Below, one piece after another: positions 29,581-40,163 of a DNA stretch of 64,000 nt. The notes under the pieces were generated by a model. That model did no database searches. It saw only the letters and a program-made list of their open reading frames with translations, and was not told the DNA's origin. This DNA comes from Bacillota bacterium (GTDB lineage: Bacteria; Bacillota; Bacilli; Bacillales_A; Planococcaceae): NCBI GenBank assembly GCA_018816185.1, contig JAHIWI010000115.1:6454-70453 (forward strand). Reading direction: 5' to 3'. The position numbers and the translations under genes are program-made. How positions within the stretch are numbered: the stretch's first letter is position 1; each line of letters opens with the position of its first letter.

Positions 29581-29826
29581 AAGATGTTGGGACAAAACAA
29601 GAAACATCAAAATTTCTCTCTAAGAAATTTTGATGTTTTTTTGCTTATGCTAATTTGATTTCCGTTGCGGGGACGCTTTCCGGGGGCACGGCTCGAGCCT
29701 GTAGTCTCTCCCTCGTGCTGTTCCCCCAGGAGTCTCCCCTCCACTTCAACCAATTATAAAATATCAATTTCTTAATATAGATTTTTACCTCATTTTAAAA
29801 AATCCCCACTTATGTCCCAGCCTCTT
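29581..29826. mobile_element. MITE-like element containing a REP-like GC-rich hairpin
   Basis: Imperfect terminal IRs GATGTTGGGACAAAAC / GAGGCTGGGACATAAG (12/16); internal GGACGCTTTCCGGGGGCACGGCT unit recurs at 41339. Confidence 0.6.
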
Positions 29827-29907
29827 TTTATGTTTCAGATTCATTTTGAATTCCTGTTTTTATCATTCACCTCTGCCTATGCCATTGCCTCTTCCCATAC
29901 ATAGGTT

Positions 29908-31206
29908 ATGAATAAAACTAAATGGGGTTTTGGTTTGAAGAAACAACATTATGTAATCACGATTCTTGGTAGTGCAGGCGGAGTTGCTAACGGCATTCTC
30001 TCTATTTTAAATAAATCCTCAATAAATCAGAACGATCCACTTCATCACATTATGAGTAAATGTGAAATTCATTTGATTGATTATGAACAAAAAGATGCTA
30101 TTACCTATTCACAATTATTCCCGCAGCTGAAAGGTCAATTCATCTTGCATAAATATGATTTGAAAGACACGAAGCAATTTATAGAACACCTAAAAAAGAG
30201 TCAAACTGATGTTGTTATTGACCTGTCATGGGCGGACACGGTTGACATGATGAAATGTTGCGATGAGGTTGGAATCAGTTATGTGAACACAGCATTAGAA
30301 AATACGATGATTGATGAGAATGAAGAGTTATATGAAGGATTTGGTTTGATTGAGCGATTTAGACACCTTGAAAAGTACAAAGACAACTTTTCAAATCTAA
30401 CCGCCATTATCGGATCTGGAATGAACCCTGGAGTCGTCCAGTGGATGGTACACGAATTACTCAAGACTGACTCACCTGAAAACAAGCCCATTGGTTGCTA
30501 TATAGTGGAGCATGATAATTCATTTTACAAAAATCCTAAACTCGCTAAAAAAGATACGATTTATACGACTTGGTCACCAGAGTGTTTTCTAGACGAAGCT
30601 ATCTTGAGTTTTCCGATGTTTATGCAACACCACAATCCCCTCTTTTTCTATGAGAAAGTGTATGACCTTGAATTTAAAGTCAAGCTAGGAGATATAGAGT
30701 TTGATGGCTGTTTAATGCCCCACGAGGAAGTTTATACCCTTTGTAAGCAATACGACATGGAAGGCGGATTTTTGTATAAGGTCAATGAACACACGACTAA
30801 TCTAATCCGAGAAAATATAAAGGATGTTGATAAATTATGGAACCATGAGATGAAGGTTCTCGATCCTAATGATGCTCCTTTAAGTGGGAAGGATTTAGTT
30901 GGGGTACTTCTCGTTTATCCTAACAAAGAACGGTATATGTATAACGTCTTAAGTAATCAATCCATCTATTCCGAGTACAATACAAATGCAACGTACTTTC
31001 AAGTCGCTTGCGGAGTTTATGCTTCCCTATCAGTACTGTTATTAGATAACTTAGAAAAAGGTGCTTACTATGTTGATGAGCTATTAATTAATACCAAAAA
31101 TAATTTCGGCAAGTATTTAACAAAATATATGACGGAATTTGTTACGGGAGAAAATGAACAGTCAGATGGTTTGTTACACCAACGCATGAAAAACCTTCGT
31201 AAATAA
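29908..31206 (+). CDS. homospermidine synthase-like / saccharopine dehydrogenase-fold NAD-binding protein
   Basis: Rossmann ILGSAGGVA, YVNTALE, GMNPGVV, TWSPECFLDE, PHEEV, NATYFQVA; start may be TTG 29935. Confidence 0.7.
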   Translation: MNKTKWGFGLKKQHYVITILGSAGGVANGILSILNKSSINQNDPLHHIMSKCEIHLIDYEQKDAITYSQLFPQLKGQFILHKYDLKDTKQFIEHLKKSQTDVVIDLSWADTVDMMKCCDEVGISYVNTALENTMIDENEELYEGFGLIERFRHLEKYKDNFSNLTAIIGSGMNPGVVQWMVHELLKTDSPENKPIGCYIVEHDNSFYKNPKLAKKDTIYTTWSPECFLDEAILSFPMFMQHHNPLFFYEKVYDLEFKVKLGDIEFDGCLMPHEEVYTLCKQYDMEGGFLYKVNEHTTNLIRENIKDVDKLWNHEMKVLDPNDAPLSGKDLVGVLLVYPNKERYMYNVLSNQSIYSEYNTNATYFQVACGVYASLSVLLLDNLEKGAYYVDELLINTKNNFGKYLTKYMTEFVTGENEQSDGLLHQRMKNLRK

Positions 31207-31348
31207 AAAAGGAGCTCAATACAAATTGAGCTTTAGACTGTAGACAAATTGAAAGAGAAGAAGACCGAATATTTCTTTCACAACATAAAGTAAATTAATA
31301 TTTCTTCCGTTTCATATTACTGAACCTGTCCTTTTTATTGATTAAAGG

Positions 31349-32467
31349 CTATTCAAAAACACCACTTCGAAGAATTTTAAAATTTATTTTGATATTAACT
31401 TTAGCAGTTGGATACTTAGCATGCCAACTTTCATGTGTAAGTTTTGAGTTGCGGACTTGACTTCGATATTGCTTACCGAGTCCAAAAACATCTGAATTAA
31501 TTTCCTGACAATAATCTAATATAGATTTTAGTTCCTCAGTCAAACTTTGATTAATTGCTTTTTCAAGTTTTTCGATTTCCACAGGATTATCAAAATCCAT
31601 TTCCGCATCCAGTTCGAGTATTCTGCCATTTAAATTTATTTGCAATTCGAATTCTGGTACATTTTTGTCGGTTAATTTCAATTTCTTTGTTGACGAGATT
31701 GTATCAAGAACAACAGGAACAGGTTCCGAGGAATCTGATTGATTTGAAGAGAATATATCGCCTGGTATAGTCGTCTCAAATTTTCCGGATTTAAATTTCC
31801 CTCTAATTAACAACAAATAAAAACTATCTTTTGCAGGGAGTTGCCCTACTAATTTGTCTTTATTAAACAAGGCTACTCCTGTAACCTCGATTACTTCTTC
31901 TTTTCTTTCGATGATTGGTATAATCATATCCCTGCCTACTGAATAATAGTCTTGGGAAACTTCATGTAAAGTCGAAGATGTGACTAGCTCAGCATCCACG
32001 TTTTGTTCGATTAGTTTATATATCTCTTGTCCAACATCATTAATGTTTTTATAAGGATATTCAAGCAATTCCTTCGCATTTCCGGCTGTCATAGCCAAAA
32101 GAATTCCACTACTGGTTGATGAATTTTTAGATAATGTATTTAAAAAGGACCCGATACCTTCAGTTGCGAGGGTTTCGCCAAATAATGTAATCCGCATTTG
32201 ACCCTGCATTAATTTTTTCGTTGTTTTACGATTTATTTCGGTTAGAGCTCCTAAGCTGGAATCATTTACAGCAGAAGAGGTCGTCACCATACTTTGAAAT
32301 TCCGGGTCAACTTGACGAATGACAGCGGTTGTCACTACTTTTCCATCTTCATTAAGATCATAGCCAGCCAAAGTAATTAATCCAATTTTCTCTAAAAGTT
32401 TCTGTTCAGCACACCCGCCTATAAGCAATGTTAATGATAATATTACAAGACCTAATTTTTTAATCAT
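31349..32467 (-). CDS. spore germination receptor subunit C (Ger(x)C lipoprotein)
   Basis: Lipobox LIGGC, NSDVFGLG C-terminal motif, operon context. Confidence 0.9.
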   Translation of the reverse strand: MIKKLGLVILSLTLLIGGCAEQKLLEKIGLITLAGYDLNEDGKVVTTAVIRQVDPEFQSMVTTSSAVNDSSLGALTEINRKTTKKLMQGQMRITLFGETLATEGIGSFLNTLSKNSSTSSGILLAMTAGNAKELLEYPYKNINDVGQEIYKLIEQNVDAELVTSSTLHEVSQDYYSVGRDMIIPIIERKEEVIEVTGVALFNKDKLVGQLPAKDSFYLLLIRGKFKSGKFETTIPGDIFSSNQSDSSEPVPVVLDTISSTKKLKLTDKNVPEFELQINLNGRILELDAEMDFDNPVEIEKLEKAINQSLTEELKSILDYCQEINSDVFGLGKQYRSQVRNSKLTHESWHAKYPTAKVNIKINFKILRSGVFE

Positions 32468-32481
32468 TATGTTCCCCTTCT

Positions 32482-33579
32482 CTATGACGTGAGCTTTTTC
32501 TTAACTAATGCAAGTACATAAAGGAACAACGGATAAATAAATACGATATAGAATGCTACTTGCCCAAAGATATTATTAATTGAGTTTATTTGAATACGTG
32601 ACTTAATAAAAAATGTTAAAAGTAAAACAATGCATGAAAATAACCATATGAATTTTTTTGCACTGATATTGATCATACCTGTTAATCCCCTGTGCGCTGC
32701 CCAAACATATAGGCATAAGTTAGGTAAAATAATCAGCATCCAAAAACAGACAGCTAAGAATTCAAATCGCTCTAAAAATGGAAATTGAACAATACTAAAT
32801 AGCGATAATGTCGCCCAAATGGTTTTACTTAACTGTTCACCACTAAAGTAGGTCAACGATACTAAAATAACGGCTAGATACATCAACGTAGTGACTAGTA
32901 AACCGTAATGAACAGGCTTTCGTATATTTTTCTTATCCTTCACAAAAGGAAAAATAATATACAAAATTTCAAATCCTATAATCGTAAAAGTCATCGCTTT
33001 TGCACCTTTCAATATATCAATGAATTTACTTTCTAGTATTGGAAACAAACTTTGTGGATCTGAATACTGAAGAGGAAATACTAGAACGAAAATGAGCCAA
33101 AAAGCCAACATAAAACTAAAGAAAGAAACACCAACAATGACACGCAAACCACCTAAGAATGTATATATGACGAGCAGTAAAAGTGTTGCCGAAATAAACC
33201 ATGTACTTAGTAATGGAAATATCCATGTTTGAATCACTTCTATATAGTTTATCAAGACCGAGAAAAATGCTACCGAGCAGTAAAAGAAGTAGATGACGTT
33301 TATAAAATTCCCAATCCATGTACCAAAAACCTCGCGATTAATGCCATATAAATCGTGAGAATCATACATTTCCAATGTTTTGATCATTACTATGACAATG
33401 ACATGTGAAACAATTCCAATCACAAGTACGGAAAACCATGCATCCTGTTTAGATTCTTGATAGATTATTCTCTGAAATCCGTGAATGCCCACACCTATTT
33501 GCGTTGTGTGAACAACGAAAAAGACTAAGAAAGCATTTATCATTTGCTGTGGCTTCACGTGAATCACATTTTTCATCAA
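32482..33579 (-). CDS. spore germination receptor subunit B (GerAB family)
   Basis: QIGVGI, QDAW, GFEIL, FLERFE; multi-TM. Confidence 0.9.
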   Translation of the reverse strand: MMKNVIHVKPQQMINAFLVFFVVHTTQIGVGIHGFQRIIYQESKQDAWFSVLVIGIVSHVIVIVMIKTLEMYDSHDLYGINREVFGTWIGNFINVIYFFYCSVAFFSVLINYIEVIQTWIFPLLSTWFISATLLLLVIYTFLGGLRVIVGVSFFSFMLAFWLIFVLVFPLQYSDPQSLFPILESKFIDILKGAKAMTFTIIGFEILYIIFPFVKDKKNIRKPVHYGLLVTTLMYLAVILVSLTYFSGEQLSKTIWATLSLFSIVQFPFLERFEFLAVCFWMLIILPNLCLYVWAAHRGLTGMINISAKKFIWLFSCIVLLLTFFIKSRIQINSINNIFGQVAFYIVFIYPLFLYVLALVKKKLTS

Positions 33580-33591
33580 TACACCTTCAGT

Positions 33592-35157
33592 TCAACTTTT
33601 TTCCGGATCAATTGGCTCTTCTTCGTACTTTTTCCTCTTTTTAGCTCTGGAGCTTGTGGGTCTCAAATTAGTTAATGGCAGAGGCAATCTGATAATACTG
33701 TCCCGCCAATCAACCCACCGAGGGGGATAAAATGGAGCTGTATAGGGCGTACCTAAACTTGATTGTTTAATTAAATGAATGAGTAAAAAACAGAATCCAA
33801 GCATGATTCCATAGAATCCCCAAAAACCAGCAAGAATGATGATAGGAAATCGAATCGCTCGAATAACATTACCCATCATATAACTTGGAGTGGTAAAAGA
33901 CGCGAGTGCGCTCAAAGCAACAATAATGATTAAAATATTACTCGTAATTCCCGCCTGAACAGCAGCAGTCCCTATGACAATACCGCCTACGATACCAATA
34001 GTTTGACCTACTTTGGTTGGCAATCTTGCTCCAGCTTCTCTAAGTAACTCAATGATTAGTTCTAGTAGTAATGCCTCAATTATGGGTGGAAAAGGAACTA
34101 ACGCCCTTGATTCACTTAATGGTACTAGTAGGGATTGGGGAATCACCTCATAATGAAAGGTTAATGCAGCTACATATAAAGGTGTTAAAAAGATGGATAA
34201 AAAAACGGCACTAAATCTCAATAATCTTAGAAATGAGGCAATTGGCCACCTAAGATTTTGGTCTTCTCTACTTTGGAAAAATTCGATGAAAGAATGCGGA
34301 CAAATAACTGCCATCGAACTTCCATCTACAAGAATCCCCAACTTCCCATTAAGTAGACCATCACAAAACCTGTCAGGTCTTTCAGTTAATAGCATCTGTG
34401 GAAATGGAGATAACGAATTATCGTCTATCATTTCTGCTAAGAAGGAACTATCAAGTAAAGCATCAATCTTTAAATCGGTTATTCTCTGTTGAAGTGTTTG
34501 AACCATTTCCTCCGATGCAATACTTTTGAGATATAGAATGGAAACAGTTGTATTTGAAATTTTGCCAACAGTGAGTTTTTTAATATACAAATCCGGTGTT
34601 CGGATGTAGCGTCTAACCAGAGATTCATTTGTAGATAGGCTTTCGTTAAATCCGACTTGAGAACCGATTACTTGAGATTCATTTTCCGGTGCAGAAAGTG
34701 ATCGAGATTCTCGTGTATTAATCTTTGCCAATAAAACAGTTGGATACCCATTTTTATGAATTAGAGCTGCACCACTGAACAGTTCGAGTATGGCTAACTC
34801 CAAATTCTCTGTCATATTCGCTTCAGGTATTTGTAATTGGAATTTCAATTCGGATGGAGATGAATTTGGGTTCTTAAGAACAACCGGAAGGATGTGTTTA
34901 TTTAGAACGCGGCTATCCACTAAATTTTCTATATAGAAAAGAGTATAGTCCTCAGTAATAAATTTGGTTTTTAAATCAGATGGGTTATTCGACTCCTTTT
35001 CGATTAATGAAATAAATTTAGCTTTATCAGGCGAAATTAATTTTTTATCGTGTGAATGATTATTTATGGACTTATTCTTTAGACTAGAAGAGTCAGATTG
35101 AGCTTGTTGCTTTGACTCTTTTTTCTTGAACATATTTTTAAAGAATTTATTAGACAT
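33592..35157 (-). CDS. spore germination receptor subunit A (GerA family)
   Basis: SPFPQMLLTERPD, VPFPP, ELLREAGARLP, IVGGIVIGTAAVQAG; RBS GGAGG before ATG 35157; sigmaG-like GTATA-18-TATTCTA upstream. Confidence 0.93.
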   Translation of the reverse strand: MSNKFFKNMFKKKESKQQAQSDSSSLKNKSINNHSHDKKLISPDKAKFISLIEKESNNPSDLKTKFITEDYTLFYIENLVDSRVLNKHILPVVLKNPNSSPSELKFQLQIPEANMTENLELAILELFSGAALIHKNGYPTVLLAKINTRESRSLSAPENESQVIGSQVGFNESLSTNESLVRRYIRTPDLYIKKLTVGKISNTTVSILYLKSIASEEMVQTLQQRITDLKIDALLDSSFLAEMIDDNSLSPFPQMLLTERPDRFCDGLLNGKLGILVDGSSMAVICPHSFIEFFQSREDQNLRWPIASFLRLLRFSAVFLSIFLTPLYVAALTFHYEVIPQSLLVPLSESRALVPFPPIIEALLLELIIELLREAGARLPTKVGQTIGIVGGIVIGTAAVQAGITSNILIIIVALSALASFTTPSYMMGNVIRAIRFPIIILAGFWGFYGIMLGFCFLLIHLIKQSSLGTPYTAPFYPPRWVDWRDSIIRLPLPLTNLRPTSSRAKKRKKYEEEPIDPEKS

Positions 35158-35556
35158 GGGACTCCTCCCCATCTTTTCTTTTTTCCTAGAATAGGTCTTA
35201 GCGTTTTTTTCTATACGCATTTTACTCATAAACTTTGGTGTCCCCACTCTACACGGCTTCCTGATTGATTTTCTAACATGGCGATCAAGGAAACCATCGT
35301 TGCTCAATAACCAGTCTTATGGATTTAACTTAATTTTATGGGAAAAGGAGGAATTTTTAAGCGTATTATTGAATTAGTATTAAACACGGACTGATCGAAT
35401 TTTGGAAGGTTATATGATCGCGGTGGGTTATTCAGAGTAGCTTTGCATACTGCATATAAATGAAAGGAAATATACTACCTTTGTTTGTACTGCTTATCGG
35501 CATATTCACGTAAATATGGAACTTATACAAATTTTATTAAGAATGGAGTGTTAATA

Positions 35557-35730
35557 ATGATCTGGTTTCTTATTTTAATCCCAATTGGTTTAGTTGTATT
35601 TGGCATTTTGTATGATATCAAAAATAAAAGTTTTAAAGAAATCAAAGCTCCACCAAAAGGCAAGAGCTCTGACGCTGCTTTTAGAGATGCAAATACCCAT
35701 AACAACGTAAATAGTAGCGGAGGTTTATAA
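35557..35730 (+). CDS. small single-TM protein
   Basis: GGAG RBS; MIWFLILIPIGLVVFGILY followed by a polar tail. Confidence 0.6.
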   Translation: MIWFLILIPIGLVVFGILYDIKNKSFKEIKAPPKGKSSDAAFRDANTHNNVNSSGGL

Positions 35731-36050
35731 AACAGTTTTTTTTAGATAAAGAAAAAACGGCTATTTCAATTCGTTCTTTTATTGGGGGTAATCACTATAT
35801 TATTCGTACTACAGGCAATTAACTTCTTAGGTAACTTTTCCATTTTTCATAAATTACTCGGTATACTTTATTTTTATAACGCACCAGTAGATAACATGCT
35901 CATAAGTTTATTTGGCTATTTATTCGTCTTTATCTTGTCAATTTCAACTACTATTGCCACATTTCATTATGCTAAAAATATTTATAACAAAAAAGCATAG
36001 AGTACATATGTTTAGTCTTCAAAAAGCATAAAAATGATAAGGAGATGCAT

Positions 36051-36230
36051 ATGTTTAAGAACAAAAAGTATTGGATTCTTATGCCGCCTTTTTTACTATT
36101 AGCAATTCTCCTAATTCTGTTTTTACCAACCGATTTAAAGCCGTATTCAATTATTTCAGTACTGATATTTTGGGTCACTTATTACATTTGGAACTACGCT
36201 GATAAAAACCAAAATAAAACACAAAAATAG
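36051..36230 (+). CDS. small 2-TM membrane protein
   Basis: AAGGAG RBS; two hydrophobic helices; terminator follows. Confidence 0.6.
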   Translation: MFKNKKYWILMPPFLLLAILLILFLPTDLKPYSIISVLIFWVTYYIWNYADKNQNKTQK

Positions 36231-36253
36231 CACCCCGTTAGGAGTGCTATTTT

Positions 36254-37261
36254 CTACTTCTTAGTTAATAAATATATAAAATATGGTGCACCAATAAGAG
36301 CAACCATAACGCCAGCTGGAAGACCGTTCGGTTCTACGATATTTCGACCGATCGTATCCGCAATCAGTAACAGCCAGCCTCCAATTAGTAAACTCAATGG
36401 AAGAAACAACTGGTGTCTTGGTCCAACGAGAGTACGTGCAATATGTGGTGCCATTAATCCAATAAACGAAATCCCACCTGTCACTGAAACAGCTGATGCA
36501 GCAAGTGCTACGGCCACTAACGTTAGGACAATTCGTTCTTTTTGGACGGATAGACCAACCCCTATGGCTACTGGTTCACCTAGACCAAGAATGTTTAAGC
36601 GATTCGCTTTTATTAAAGCAAATGGTATAAGGACAATTAACCAAGGAAGTAAGGCCAAGACAAACGGCCAGTCCGTTCCCCAAATATCTCCAGCAAGCCA
36701 ACGAGCGATGAAATCCACTTTGATGCGGTCAGCTGATGAAATCATGACAATCATTGCGCCTGATAAAGCCATCGACATTCCGACGCCCACTAATACTAGC
36801 TTTACTGGCTGCATGCCTGTCGTCCTGCTATAGGAAAATACATAAATTATAACAGCCGTGAGCAAAGCACCAAGAAATGCGACAAAAGGAAGTGCGTAAA
36901 TAAATGTACCTGCCTCTGCAGGGAAATACAAAAAGAATATGGCAACCGCTACGCCCGCTCCAGAATTTATTCCGATAATTCCAGGATCCGCTAACTCATT
37001 ACGAGTAATTCCTTGCAATAAGGCACCTGAAAGAGCCAAAGCCATTCCGGCTAATAAGGTAATGACGATACGTGGTAAGCGCACTGAAAAAAGGACAAAC
37101 TCCTCTTTAAACTCCCCTTGGCCGAGTAAAGTTGGAATAATGCGATCGTATGATACGGAGGCGTATCCGAGCCCCATACCGATTATTGCAGTTGTTATTA
37201 TTAATAATGTGAAAGTAATGAACAAAAGTCTCTGTTTTCGAATGATAGAGGTTTCAATCAT
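36254..37261 (-). CDS. fhuG: iron-siderophore ABC permease (FecCD family, FhuG-like)
   Basis: RLPRI, TRNELADPGIIG, FIGLMAPHIAR, IGAPYF. Confidence 0.85.
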   Translation of the reverse strand: MIETSIIRKQRLLFITFTLLIITTAIIGMGLGYASVSYDRIIPTLLGQGEFKEEFVLFSVRLPRIVITLLAGMALALSGALLQGITRNELADPGIIGINSGAGVAVAIFFLYFPAEAGTFIYALPFVAFLGALLTAVIIYVFSYSRTTGMQPVKLVLVGVGMSMALSGAMIVMISSADRIKVDFIARWLAGDIWGTDWPFVLALLPWLIVLIPFALIKANRLNILGLGEPVAIGVGLSVQKERIVLTLVAVALAASAVSVTGGISFIGLMAPHIARTLVGPRHQLFLPLSLLIGGWLLLIADTIGRNIVEPNGLPAGVMVALIGAPYFIYLLTKK

Positions 37262-38268
37262 GTGAAACTTCGCCCTCCTTTTCGCACAATGTACAAGAAG
37301 AATGGCAAGCCCATTATGGCTACGACTGCAGCTACAGGTGTTTCATATGGTGCATTGATTGTGCGAGCCACTGTATCCGCAAGTAGCATAAACGCAGCTC
37401 CTACTATCGCTGACATTGGAAGCACAAATCGATAATCTGTTCCGACAACCGACCTTACAATATGGGGTACCATTAAGCCGAAAAACGCAAGATTTCCAAC
37501 GAGTGCCACAGAAGCACCTGTTAAAATAATAACCAAGACAAACAAAATCGATTTGATCAATCGAATGCGTTGTCCTAAACCTACCGCCATTTCTTCACTT
37601 AACGAAAGAATGGTTAATTGTCGAGAGCACATGAGAGAAATCGCCACTCCAATTAACACAATCGGGGCAATCAAAGAAACTTGATTCCACGTTGTCCCAA
37701 TCATTCCTCCAGCTGTCCACATAGACACTTGCTGAGAAATTTTAAAATAAATGCCTATGCCTTCAGCAATAGCATAAAGAAAAGCAGAAATCGTTGCTCC
37801 TGCCAAAATAATTCGAAGAGATGTGAAGCCTTCTGGGTGAAATGAGCTAAAACCGAAAACCAAGATTGCCCCTACAGCTGCTCCTATGAAACAGGTCAGC
37901 ATGACACCAAAGTAGTTAACCGATGGCCAAAATGCAACCATAATCGCTAGTGCGGCATTCGCTCCAGCTGTAAGACCTAACAATCCTGGATCGGCAAGGG
38001 GGTTACGAGTCATGCCCTGAATAATAGCACCGGAAACGGCAAGAGCCGCGCCTACAAGGGCAGCGGCTACTTCTCGCGGAAAACGAATTTCCCGCAACAT
38101 AATGGCTTGGTCATTCGGTGCAGTGGTGAATATGGCAGATAGGACATCGCGAACATTCGTATCGGCCGCTCCGAAAACTAAAGCCATGCCGAACAGCACA
38201 ATCATCAGAATCACGCTCACACCAAGTTTAATAGAATATGGAATGCGTTGAATCCGATAATTTAACAT
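37258..38268 (-). CDS. fhuB: iron-siderophore ABC permease (FecCD family, FhuB-like)
   Basis: IRFPR, TRNPLADPG, FGLMVPHIVR, GLPFF. Confidence 0.85.
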   Translation of the reverse strand: MLNYRIQRIPYSIKLGVSVILMIVLFGMALVFGAADTNVRDVLSAIFTTAPNDQAIMLREIRFPREVAAALVGAALAVSGAIIQGMTRNPLADPGLLGLTAGANAALAIMVAFWPSVNYFGVMLTCFIGAAVGAILVFGFSSFHPEGFTSLRIILAGATISAFLYAIAEGIGIYFKISQQVSMWTAGGMIGTTWNQVSLIAPIVLIGVAISLMCSRQLTILSLSEEMAVGLGQRIRLIKSILFVLVIILTGASVALVGNLAFFGLMVPHIVRSVVGTDYRFVLPMSAIVGAAFMLLADTVARTINAPYETPVAAVVAIMGLPFFLYIVRKGGRSFT

Positions 38269-38271
38269 GAA

Positions 38272-39201
38272 TTAGTTCCCCAAGAATGACTCTTTAAAGA
38301 AGTCTAATTGATAATCAAGAGTCAATGGATCATTGAAATAAAATTCCATCGCATCCACTGTAAATATTTGATCGTTTTTCACTGCAGGGATGTTTTTAAA
38401 CGTTTCAGTTTCTTCAAATGAGTTGTCAGCATCTTTATGCTTACTGAAGATCAAATAATCTCCTGTGAACTCAGGTAATACTTCTGCTGATAATGCATAA
38501 TAACCGTCAGCTAGAGCCATTTCTTTCACTTTTTCAGGCATTTTCAGACCCATTTCTTGGTACAAGATTTCTGTCCCACGGCCCCAGTTGTCGCCGAATA
38601 CATATAATTGCTTATCAAAGCTTTCGATTACTGTAACCGTTGCGTCTTCACCGATTTTAGCTTTAATGTCGTCCCCTACTTCTTGCGTACGTGTTTTAAA
38701 TTCGTCTACCCATGTTTGAGCTTCTTCTTCTTTATTCAGCAATTTACCGATTTCAATATGTTGTGTTAAATAATCTACTTTACCGTAAGTAAAAGTAACG
38801 GTTGGAGCAATTTCCTTTAGCTTCTCTACATTTTTGATGTTAGATAGTCCGACGATTAAATCCGGATCTAATTCAATGATTTTTTCTAAATTTTCGTCCG
38901 TCACTTCTTCTACACCTTCAAGCTTTTCTTCAAAGCGTGGATTCATTTTTGACCATGAATCAACTCCTACTAGAGGAACATCAAGTGCCATGACGTTACC
39001 AGCAAATGAAGATAGAACTAAAACGCGTTGTGGATCTGCTGGAACTTCTACTGGTCCGTTTTCTGATTCATATGTAATCGTTGTTGGTTCTGAATTTTTT
39101 TCTTCTTTATCTGCAGAGGATCCTTCTCCTTTAGAACCTCCACATGCTGCTAAAACAAACATTGTTAGTAATGCTATGAATACGAATGAGTACTTTTTCA
39201 T
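38272..39201 (-). CDS. iron-hydroxamate ABC substrate-binding lipoprotein (FhuD/YxeB-like)
   Basis: Lipobox LAAC, VPADPQRV, EKIIELDPDLI, IPAVKNDQ. Confidence 0.88.
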   Translation of the reverse strand: MKKYSFVFIALLTMFVLAACGGSKGEGSSADKEEKNSEPTTITYESENGPVEVPADPQRVLVLSSFAGNVMALDVPLVGVDSWSKMNPRFEEKLEGVEEVTDENLEKIIELDPDLIVGLSNIKNVEKLKEIAPTVTFTYGKVDYLTQHIEIGKLLNKEEEAQTWVDEFKTRTQEVGDDIKAKIGEDATVTVIESFDKQLYVFGDNWGRGTEILYQEMGLKMPEKVKEMALADGYYALSAEVLPEFTGDYLIFSKHKDADNSFEETETFKNIPAVKNDQIFTVDAMEFYFNDPLTLDYQLDFFKESFLGN

Positions 39202-39207
39202 TTTATG

Positions 39208-39999
39208 TCATTCTCCTCTAACTAAATTATAGGTAATACAAATTGGTTTTCCTGTACGTGGATCTTCGCCAATTTCAGCATCGATTTGAAACAACTCGCG
39301 TAACACGGGTTTAGTGATAATCTCTTCACTTGGTCCGGTCTTAACAATTTTGCCAAACTTCATGCCGATAATGTAATCTGCAAAACGCGCTGCGTGGTTT
39401 AGATCGTGTAGGACCATCACAATTGTACGTTTTTCTGTAGCGTTTAAGCGCTGCAGCAATTCTAATATTTCAAGTTGGTGCGCCATGTCGAGATAGGTAG
39501 TAGGTTCATCCAAGAAAATCATATCTGTTTCTTGTGCCAGAGCCATGGCAATCCAGACGCGTTGACGCTGTCCACCTGATAGTGAATCGACTGGATGGGA
39601 CTTGAAGAATTTCGTACCTGTCACGTCAAGTGCCCAATCGATCATCTCTAAATCTCGTTTAGTCAATTGACCAAAGCGATTTTGATGAGGAAACCGTCCA
39701 TATGAAACCAGTTCTCCAACTGTTAAGGCCCCTGCACTTTCAGGTGTTTGTGGCAGAACAGCAATTTTTCGAGCTAATCGTTTCGTTGGTTCTTTAACAA
39801 TACTTTCACCGTCGAGAACAATTGATCCACTTTGATGAGGAATTATACGTGTTAAAGCCTTTAACAAAGTAGATTTACCACATCCATTAGAGCCAATAAT
39901 CACTGTTATTTGTTCATCTGGAATGGAAATCGAAAGCTCATCGACAATCATTCGATCACCATATCGAATTTGTAAATCCTTCGCCTGTAGCCGAACCAT
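39208..39999 (-). CDS. fhuC: iron-siderophore ABC ATPase (FhuC/YusV-like)
   Basis: GSNGCGKST, LSGGQRQRVWIAMALAQ, LDEPTTYLD, VLHDLN. Confidence 0.88.
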   Translation of the reverse strand: MVRLQAKDLQIRYGDRMIVDELSISIPDEQITVIIGSNGCGKSTLLKALTRIIPHQSGSIVLDGESIVKEPTKRLARKIAVLPQTPESAGALTVGELVSYGRFPHQNRFGQLTKRDLEMIDWALDVTGTKFFKSHPVDSLSGGQRQRVWIAMALAQETDMIFLDEPTTYLDMAHQLEILELLQRLNATEKRTIVMVLHDLNHAARFADYIIGMKFGKIVKTGPSEEIITKPVLRELFQIDAEIGEDPRTGKPICITYNLVRGE

Positions 40000-40035
40000 T
40001 TGCTACCTCCTTTCCTAAAAATGTTTATGTATTTT

Positions 40036-40099
40036 AATTGATAACGATTATCAATTTCATTTACATTGTTACTATAATGGGGTAAGCTTGAACTGTCAA
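40036..40099. promoter_or_regulatory. Fur box and divergent sigmaA promoters
   Basis: AATTGATAACGATTATCAATT (40036-40056); minus-strand TTGACA-17-TATAGT (40099-40071); plus-strand TATAAT at 40073. Confidence 0.85.
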
Positions 40100-40163
40100 G
40101 AGGATTGAATATATAAAATAATTGTCAGAATTTAATGCAAGTTGAGGAAGGATTGATGAAGGA

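Noticed and set aside
31234-31248. TAGACTGTAGACAAA resembling an IS terminal repeat
   Set aside because: Single short end with no partner or transposase; insufficient evidence
35158-35307. N-terminal extension of GerA (similar extensions on gntK, gntP, both kinases, SGNH, ABC ATPase)
   Set aside because: Better RBS-supported downstream starts; extensions overlap promoters or neighbouring genes
35782-36000. 72-aa hydrophobic ORF
   Set aside because: No RBS; possibly a gene fragment, not supportable
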